Source of the DNA: Thermococcus kodakarensis KOD1
Lineage (GTDB): Archaea; Methanobacteriota_B; Thermococci; Thermococcales; Thermococcaceae
Direction: 5' to 3'
Assembly: GCF_000009965.1 (NCBI RefSeq)
Contig: NC_006624.1
Span: forward strand, 1,200,001-1,232,000
DNA: 32,000 nt
Below the pieces are notes generated by a model. That model did not search any database and was not told the origin of the DNA. It saw nothing but the letters and a program-made list of their open reading frames with translations. How positions within the stretch are numbered: the stretch's first letter is position 1; each line of letters begins with the position of its first letter. Positions 26,801 to 32,000 of the stretch are shown here, piece after piece. The translations under genes and the position numbers were made by a program.

Positions 26801-26947
26801 ATTCAAGAAAAATCCAAGGATTCTTGAAAAGAATGAATCGTGGCCTCGGCTAACCCTCTTTTCCTCATCAGTCAGCGTGGCTAACGCTCGTCATCGGCCG
26901 AGGAGAGTTAGGGAGAACTCTTTTAAAAAGCAACCGGAAAATAAGAC

Positions 26948-27013
26948 GGGGGATGAAGAGCGTTTACCGGTCTGATTAGCTACCGGATGAAGAGACTGGC
27001 ACTGGCCGACCCC
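26948..27013 (+). ncRNA. Candidate C/D-box sRNA with non-canonical boxes
   Basis: Layout in order: 5' GGGGG (26948-26952); AUGAAGA (26953-26959); exactly 12 nt; CUGA (26972-26975); 11 nt; AUGAAGA (26987-26993); exactly 12 nt; CCGA (27006-27009); CCCC (27010-27013), which pairs with the 5' G-run. TATA-like TTTTAAAAAG (26921-26930) lies about 20-25 nt upstream of the 5' end. The element sits in a convergent intergenic gap. Confidence 0.5.
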
Positions 27014-27014
27014 T

Positions 27015-27632
27015 TCACTCTTCTCCAAGGAGCGTCTCAATGAGCGCGATTATCTGGTTGTGAACTGTTTCAACGTCCTCCATCGCGTTGATTATCTTCA
27101 TTTCAGGGAACATCTCGGCCAGCTTTAGGTAGTTCTCCCTGACCTTTCTCTGAAGCTCGAATATCTTGTCGAACTCGCTCTTCACCTTCCTGCTTCTTAT
27201 TCTGTTCATGCTCTCCTTTACCGGAAGGTCGAGGAGAAAAACTATGTCGGGCTTTACGGCGAAGCGGTTGAGGTCTATGAGCCACTCAAGGTCAAGGCCC
27301 CTCGCCCACTGATACGCGAGGGACGAATAGAAGTAGCGGTCGGATATAACGACTTTTCCGGCCTCAAGGGAAGGCTTAATCAGCTTGTCAACGTGCTCAG
27401 CCCTGTCGGCTGCGAAGAGAAGTGCCTCAGCCTCATGGCTTATTTTAGCACCGTCTATTATTCCTTCTTTACCGCCCGTAAGAACGAGCCGCCTTATGAG
27501 TTTACCAAAAGGAGTGTCCGTTGGTTCTTTCGTTAGAACAACTTCGTATCCTCTGTTTTCAAACCATTCTGCCAGGAGTTTTGCCTGCGTGGACTTGCCG
27601 GCGCCGTCTATTCCCTCGAGTACGATGAACAT
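27015..27632 (-). CDS. tmk: Thymidylate kinase
   Basis: [17 protein letters not shown]-loop, the DRY motif (SDRYFYSS) and a lid region. Start reset to the ATG at 27632 (GGGGGTG plus 6 nt). Confidence 0.9.
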   Translation of the reverse strand: MFIVLEGIDGAGKSTQAKLLAEWFENRGYEVVLTKEPTDTPFGKLIRRLVLTGGKEGIIDGAKISHEAEALLFAADRAEHVDKLIKPSLEAGKVVISDRYFYSSLAYQWARGLDLEWLIDLNRFAVKPDIVFLLDLPVKESMNRIRSRKVKSEFDKIFELQRKVRENYLKLAEMFPEMKIINAMEDVETVHNQIIALIETLLGEE

Positions 27633-27694
27633 CAGTGCCACCCCCAAAATAGGACAGATAATAGAGAGGAGCAGCTCTTATAAAACTGCCGCCC

Positions 27695-28405
27695 TCACTT
27701 GAAGACCCTCTTGAGGTAATCAAAGAGAGACCACATGCTCGTAAACGTCTTTTCCTCGCCGTCCTTGTAGAACTCGGCTATCCCGTCCGGCCTGAAGCGC
27801 AGTCCGAAGGTGTAGTCACCCTTGTTCAGCTTGTGGAGGAAGACCTCCTTCGGTTTCGGCGGGATGTAGCTGGTCATCATGTCGTTTATAAGCTCAGCCT
27901 CAAAGCCGAAGTGCTCGCTGAGCCTGGGGAAAAAGAGCACCGCAGGAGTGTTCATAGCGTCCACAAGGGCCTTTCCGCCGATCTTAAAGTTGTAGCGCTT
28001 GAAAAGGTCGTGAAGGAAGTCATCGAGGGCGTTTGGATAATAAACGGTGGCACCTATATCGTTCGGATGGGCCTCTATGAAGCTCCTGCTCTTCAGGATT
28101 GCCTCAACCTCATCAACGTCCAGGCCGTTCACCTCGACCCTAACGCCCCCGTGGTAGTAAACGTAAGCTAAGGGCATCCCTTTGCTGTGGGCAAAGTCCT
28201 TCAGCGCTATCAGCGGGATAAGCCTAACATCCATTATCGTTGAGCCTGTACTGACTATGCCCACAACCATGGCACGCTTTCCATACCTCGATATCGCCCT
28301 GCCGTCTCTGCCGACTATTACCGTCCCCTGGGCCACGGTACCAATGGCCCTTCCCAGAAGGGCAAGCTCTTCGGGGTTGAACTTTTCAGAGTAGTATAAC
28401 TCCAC
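27695..28405 (-). CDS. Phosphomannomutase/phosphoglucomutase-related protein lacking the catalytic Ser loop
   Basis: VIVGRDGRAISRYGKRAMVVGIVSTGSTIMDVRLIP resembles PGM_PMM domain I, but the expected TASHNP phosphoserine loop is replaced by LAYVYYHGG and the protein is only 236 aa. GTG start with AGGAGGTGA 6 nt upstream. Confidence 0.55.
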   Translation of the reverse strand: MELYYSEKFNPEELALLGRAIGTVAQGTVIVGRDGRAISRYGKRAMVVGIVSTGSTIMDVRLIPLIALKDFAHSKGMPLAYVYYHGGVRVEVNGLDVDEVEAILKSRSFIEAHPNDIGATVYYPNALDDFLHDLFKRYNFKIGGKALVDAMNTPAVLFFPRLSEHFGFEAELINDMMTSYIPPKPKEVFLHKLNKGDYTFGLRFRPDGIAEFYKDGEEKTFTSMWSLFDYLKRVFK

Positions 28406-28560
28406 TTCTTTTCACCTCCTTGTATCACCGTGAGTGTTTAAAACCATCCCATTTTTGAGGTTATCGGTAGCTTTCGATGTCCGTGTTTATTCGTTAGAGT
28501 ACTTAAACTTACCGACAAACTATTTTAATACATCGGAGCATCACCTCTGGAGGCGGTATC

Positions 28561-30432
28561 ATGAACGCTCTTGAACGGCTTGAAAAGCTCCTTGATAAGG
28601 AGCAGTTTGAGAAGGTAAAGGCCATAGACAACCCAGAACTCCACGAATTTCTGGCGGAATGGATTGAGTGGCTCGAACCGGACAAAGTTTTCGTCTGTAC
28701 CGACAGCCCCGAGGACGAGGGGTACGTTCGTTGGAAGGCCCTCTATTACGGCGAGGAAAGGATGCTCGAGACCCCCAATCACACCGTTCACTACGACAAC
28801 TATTACGACCAGGCAAGGGACAAGGCCAACACCGCTATCCTTCTCCCTGGAGGCAAGAAGCTCCCATACATCAATACCAAGGACAGAGACGAAGGCCTGA
28901 AGGAGATACGCGAGCTGATGAAGGGAATCATGAAGGGCAAGGAGTTATTCGTGTGCTTCTTCGTCCTTGGGCCTAAGAACTCGATATTCACAATTCCAGC
29001 AGTTCAGCTCACTGATTCGGCCTACGTTGCCCACTCGGAGTTCATCCTTTACAGGAAAGGCTACGAGGAGTTCAAGCGCTTGGGTAGGAGTGCGCGCTTC
29101 TTCAGGTTCGTTCACAGTGCTGGTGAGCTCGACGAGAGAAAAACCAGCAAGAACCTCGACAAGAGGAGAATATACATCGATCTCGAAGACGAGACGGTCT
29201 ATTCCGTCAACACCCAGTACGGCGGGAACACGATAGGCCTCAAGAAGCTCGCCTTCAGGCTCACAATCAAGAGGGCCGTTGAAGAGGGCTGGCTGAGCGA
29301 GCACATGTTCCTGATGCGCGTGAACGGCCCGCACGGCAGGAAGACATACTTCACCGGGGCCTATCCGAGCATGTGCGGAAAAACCTCTACGGCCATGATA
29401 CCCTGGGAGAACATCGTCGGCGACGACCTGACTTTCATCCTGCCAGTAAACGGAATCGCAAGGGGAGCGAACGTCGAAAAGGGTGTCTTCGGTATAATCC
29501 AGGGTGTAAACCCAGAGGACGACCCAATAATCTGGCAGGTTCTCCACTCTCCGGTCGAGATAATCTTCTCCAACGTCCTCGTCAAGGACGGAAAGCCCTA
29601 CTGGAACGACATGGGCATAGAGATTCCAGACGAAGGCGAGAACCACAGCGGAAAGTGGTGGCGCGGAAAGAAAGACGCTGAGGGCAACGAGATACCGCCG
29701 AGCCACAAGAACGCGCGCTTTACCGTTTCGCTCGAACACTTTCCGAACGTCGATATGGAGGCCCTTGAGAACCCGTGCGGCGTGGAAGTCGGCGGCATGA
29801 TATTCGGCGGCAGGGACGCAGATACCTGGCCGCCGGTCAGGGAAGCCTTCAACTGGGAGCACGGCGTCATAACGATGGGTGCCTCACTTGAGAGCGAGAC
29901 CACCGCGGCGACCCTCGGTAAGGAGGGAGTCAGGGCCTTCAATCCAATGGCCATCCTCGACTTCATGAGCGTCCACCTAGGCGACTACCTCAGGAACTAC
30001 CTTGAGTTCGGCAGGAAGCTCAAGAAGACTCCAAAGATATTCGCCGTGAACTACTTCCTCCGCGAGAACGGCGTCTGGCTCAACCACAAGCTCGACAAAG
30101 CCGTCTGGCTCAAGTGGATGGAGCTCCGCGTACACGGCGACGTTGAGGCCATAGAAACCCCCATCGGCTACATTCCGAAGTACAAGGACCTAGCCAAGCT
30201 GTTCAAGGACGTCCTTAACAAGGAGTACACAAAGGAGGACTACGAGAGGCAGTTCAAGATAAGGGTTCCAGAGTTACTGGCGAAGATAGACAGAATCGAG
30301 GAGATTTACAGAAAGCTAGACAACGTCCCTGAGGAGCTGTTCAAAGTTCTTGAAGAGGAGAGACAGAGGCTCCTTGAGGCCAGGGAGAAATACGGGGACT
30401 ACATAAGCCCCTTCGCCCTTGAGGGCGAGTGA
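28561..30432 (+). CDS. pckG: Phosphoenolpyruvate carboxykinase (GTP)
   Basis: GTP-PEPCK kinase-1a motif YPSMCGKTSTAM and family-typical FGGRD and NYFLR motifs, 623 aa. GGAGG SD 7 nt upstream. Confidence 0.92.
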   Translation: MNALERLEKLLDKEQFEKVKAIDNPELHEFLAEWIEWLEPDKVFVCTDSPEDEGYVRWKALYYGEERMLETPNHTVHYDNYYDQARDKANTAILLPGGKKLPYINTKDRDEGLKEIRELMKGIMKGKELFVCFFVLGPKNSIFTIPAVQLTDSAYVAHSEFILYRKGYEEFKRLGRSARFFRFVHSAGELDERKTSKNLDKRRIYIDLEDETVYSVNTQYGGNTIGLKKLAFRLTIKRAVEEGWLSEHMFLMRVNGPHGRKTYFTGAYPSMCGKTSTAMIPWENIVGDDLTFILPVNGIARGANVEKGVFGIIQGVNPEDDPIIWQVLHSPVEIIFSNVLVKDGKPYWNDMGIEIPDEGENHSGKWWRGKKDAEGNEIPPSHKNARFTVSLEHFPNVDMEALENPCGVEVGGMIFGGRDADTWPPVREAFNWEHGVITMGASLESETTAATLGKEGVRAFNPMAILDFMSVHLGDYLRNYLEFGRKLKKTPKIFAVNYFLRENGVWLNHKLDKAVWLKWMELRVHGDVEAIETPIGYIPKYKDLAKLFKDVLNKEYTKEDYERQFKIRVPELLAKIDRIEEIYRKLDNVPEELFKVLEEERQRLLEAREKYGDYISPFALEGE

Positions 30433-30433
30433 G

Positions 30434-30450
30434 CCTTTTCTCCTTTTTTC
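30434..30450 (+). terminator. Oligo-T terminator of pckG
   Basis: CCTTTTCTCCTTTTTTC immediately after the stop codon. Confidence 0.4.
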
Positions 30451-30496
30451 GTCATTCGACGAGCGGCAAGACTTTTTAAGTCCCACTCCTATTGGG

Positions 30497-30513
30497 TATC
30501 ACCGAAGATGATA
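30497..30513. promoter_or_regulatory. Thermococcales glycolytic motif (TGM) operator upstream of the glucan phosphorylase gene
   Basis: TATCAC-CGAAG-ATGATA compared with the consensus TATCAC-N5-GTGATA (one mismatch). It lies about 17 nt downstream of the TATA-like CTTTTTAAG (30472-30480) and 15 nt upstream of the ATG at 30528. Confidence 0.55.
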
Positions 30514-30527
30514 CACGGGTGATGGCT

Positions 30528-32000
30528 ATGGTGAACGTTTCCAATGCCGTTGAGGATGAAATAAGGAAGAAGCTCCCGTATCCGCTTGGAGACCTCGCCG
30601 ATCTGGCCTACAACTACTGGTGGAGCTGGAACAGGAGGGCCACGAAGCTCTGGGAGTACATTGACCCTGAGCACTGGAGGGAGTACAAGAACCCAGTAAA
30701 GCTGCTCCTCGACACTCCAGAGGAGCGGTTTAAGGAGCTCGTCCGCGACGACGACTTCATGAACCTCTACGAGCTGGTGATGGATCAATTCCACGCCTAT
30801 ATGAACCCGCGCTCGACCTGGTTCTCCACCAACTACCCCAAGTGGGACAAGCCCATAGTCTATCTCTGTATGGAGTACGGCATAAGCAAGAGCCTGCCAA
30901 TTTATTCTGGCGGTCTTGGAATCCTCGCCGGAGACCACGTGAAGACCGCGAGCGACCTTGGACTTCCCTTCATAGCCATAGGCCTCCTCTACAAGCACGG
31001 CTACTTCAGGCAGGAGATCGACAAAGACGGCAGGCAGGTTGAGATATTCCCCGAGTACAAGCCCGAGGAGATGCCGATAAAGCCCGTCCTCGACAGGGAA
31101 GGAAAGCCGCTCCGCATTGAGGTTCCGATTGGGGAGGGGATTGTCTATGCAAGGGCCTTTGAGGTAAACGTCGGCAGGGTGAAGCTCTACCTCCTCGACA
31201 CCGACGTCCCAGAGAACAGCCCCGACGACAGGACGATCTGCGACTACCTCTACAACGCCGAGATGGACAAGAGGATAAAGCAGGAAATCCTCCTTGGAAT
31301 CGGCGGGATGAGGCTTCTCAAGGCCCTTGAAATCGAGCCTGGGGTCATTCACCTCAACGAGGGGCACCCAGCCTTTGCGAACCTCCAGAGGATAGCCTGG
31401 TACATGGAAGAGGGTCTGACCTTCACCGAGGCCCTGAGCATCGTGAGGGGAACGACAGTCTTTACAACCCACACGCCGGTTCCAGCAGGCCACGACAGGT
31501 TCCCGATCGAAGAAGTCAAGAAGAGACTCGCAAAGTTCCTTGAAGGAAGAGAGGAACTCCTTGAACTCGGAAGAGAGGGAGATCAGCTCAACATGACCCT
31601 TCTTGCCATAAGAACATCCAGCTACGTTAACGGCGTCAGCCAGCTCCACGCTGAGGTAAGCAAGAGGATGTGGAAGGATCTCTGGCCGGGCGTTCCGCTC
31701 AACGAGATACCGATAGAAGGAATCACGAACGGCGTCCACACCATGACATGGGTGCACAACGAGATGAGAAAGCTCTTTGACAGGTACATCGGCAAGGTCT
31801 GGAGGGAACACACGAACCTTGAGGGCATCTGGTACGCCGTCGAGAGGATTCCTGACGAGGAACTGTGGGAAGCCCACCTCCAGGCAAAGAGGGAGTTTAT
31901 AGACCTCCTGAGAAGGAAGGCCATAGAGAGAAACAAGAGGCTCGGGGTAGACGACCCCATACCAAACATAGACGAGAACGCCCTCATAATAGGATTCGCG
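30528..32000 (+). CDS. malP: Alpha-glucan (maltodextrin/glycogen) phosphorylase, 5' partial (first 491 codons; continues past the window end)
   Basis: I translated this by hand. The frame is open from ATG 30528 (GGTGAT-GGCT-ATG) to nt 32000. Sequence includes MVNVSNAVEDEIRKKLPYPLGDLADLAYNYWWSWN, YSGGLGILAGDH, FTTHTPVPAGHD, SYVNGVSQLH, ITNGVH and IIGFA, typical of short archaeal GT35 phosphorylases. It is missing from the ORF track because no stop falls in the window. Confidence 0.9.
   Translation, partial: MVNVSNAVEDEIRKKLPYPLGDLADLAYNYWWSWNRRATKLWEYIDPEHWREYKNPVKLLLDTPEERFKELVRDDDFMNLYELVMDQFHAYMNPRSTWFSTNYPKWDKPIVYLCMEYGISKSLPIYSGGLGILAGDHVKTASDLGLPFIAIGLLYKHGYFRQEIDKDGRQVEIFPEYKPEEMPIKPVLDREGKPLRIEVPIGEGIVYARAFEVNVGRVKLYLLDTDVPENSPDDRTICDYLYNAEMDKRIKQEILLGIGGMRLLKALEIEPGVIHLNEGHPAFANLQRIAWYMEEGLTFTEALSIVRGTTVFTTHTPVPAGHDRFPIEEVKKRLAKFLEGREELLELGREGDQLNMTLLAIRTSSYVNGVSQLHAEVSKRMWKDLWPGVPLNEIPIEGITNGVHTMTWVHNEMRKLFDRYIGKVWREHTNLEGIWYAVERIPDEELWEAHLQAKREFIDLLRRKAIERNKRLGVDDPIPNIDENALIIGFA

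Noticed and set aside
26769-26975. 68-aa plus-strand ORF in the DUF2334-tmk gap
   Set aside because: It has no SD, spans the structured element and the sRNA candidate, and has a low-complexity basic translation. A non-coding RNA or terminator explanation fits better.
28423-28439. TATCAC-CGTGA-GTGTTT as a bona fide TGM
   Set aside because: Only the left half-site is intact and the right half matches 4 of 6. I mention it under the TGM finding but do not annotate it as a feature.
30489-31877. 462-aa minus-strand ORF from the track
   Set aside because: It is the antisense shadow of the plus-strand alpha-glucan phosphorylase gene. It has no motifs and a biased Pro/Val/Gly/Arg composition, which is typical of reverse-frame ORFs in GC-rich coding DNA.

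Overview
This looks like a Thermococcales chromosomal window. The gene order and the 497-aa glycerol kinase match my memory of Thermococcus kodakarensis, but that is unverified and needs BLAST.

Layout, left to right:
1. The right end of an integrated virus/plasmid-like element with G+T-rich foreign codon usage. It abuts an intact tRNA-Leu(CAA), and one ORF reads straight through the tRNA.
2. A ~1.07 kb region with no credible ORF, packed with two families of short perfect hairpins.
3. gcvPB and gcvPA.
4. A block of secreted and membrane proteins: a Zn-phospholipase-C-like protein, a DOMON protein, a HAD hydrolase, a metallophosphoesterase, a PrsW-like protease and sequon-rich lipoproteins.
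5. A large minus-strand glycerol / glycerophosphodiester catabolic cluster (two GDPD genes, glpK, and a GlpA-like / FAD-NAD oxidoreductase / DUF1667 operon), plus two diverging MFS permeases and an alpha/beta hydrolase.
6. DUF2334, a candidate non-canonical C/D-box sRNA, tmk, a degenerate PMM-like protein and GTP-PEPCK.
7. A 5'-partial alpha-glucan phosphorylase with a TGM operator. It is absent from the ORF track because it runs off the window.

The catabolic cluster is split between glpK and glpA by a ~3.2 kb low-GC islet. The islet carries a full-length OLD-family ATPase-Toprim nuclease and a divergently transcribed orphan Cys/Trp-rich protein. This is my best candidate for an undescribed defence-type system.

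Many ORF-track starts are over-extended GTG/TTG codons. I reset them using the recurrent GGTGAT / GGAGG Shine-Dalgarno element 4-8 nt upstream of an ATG. No CRISPR array, rRNA or transposase is visible.
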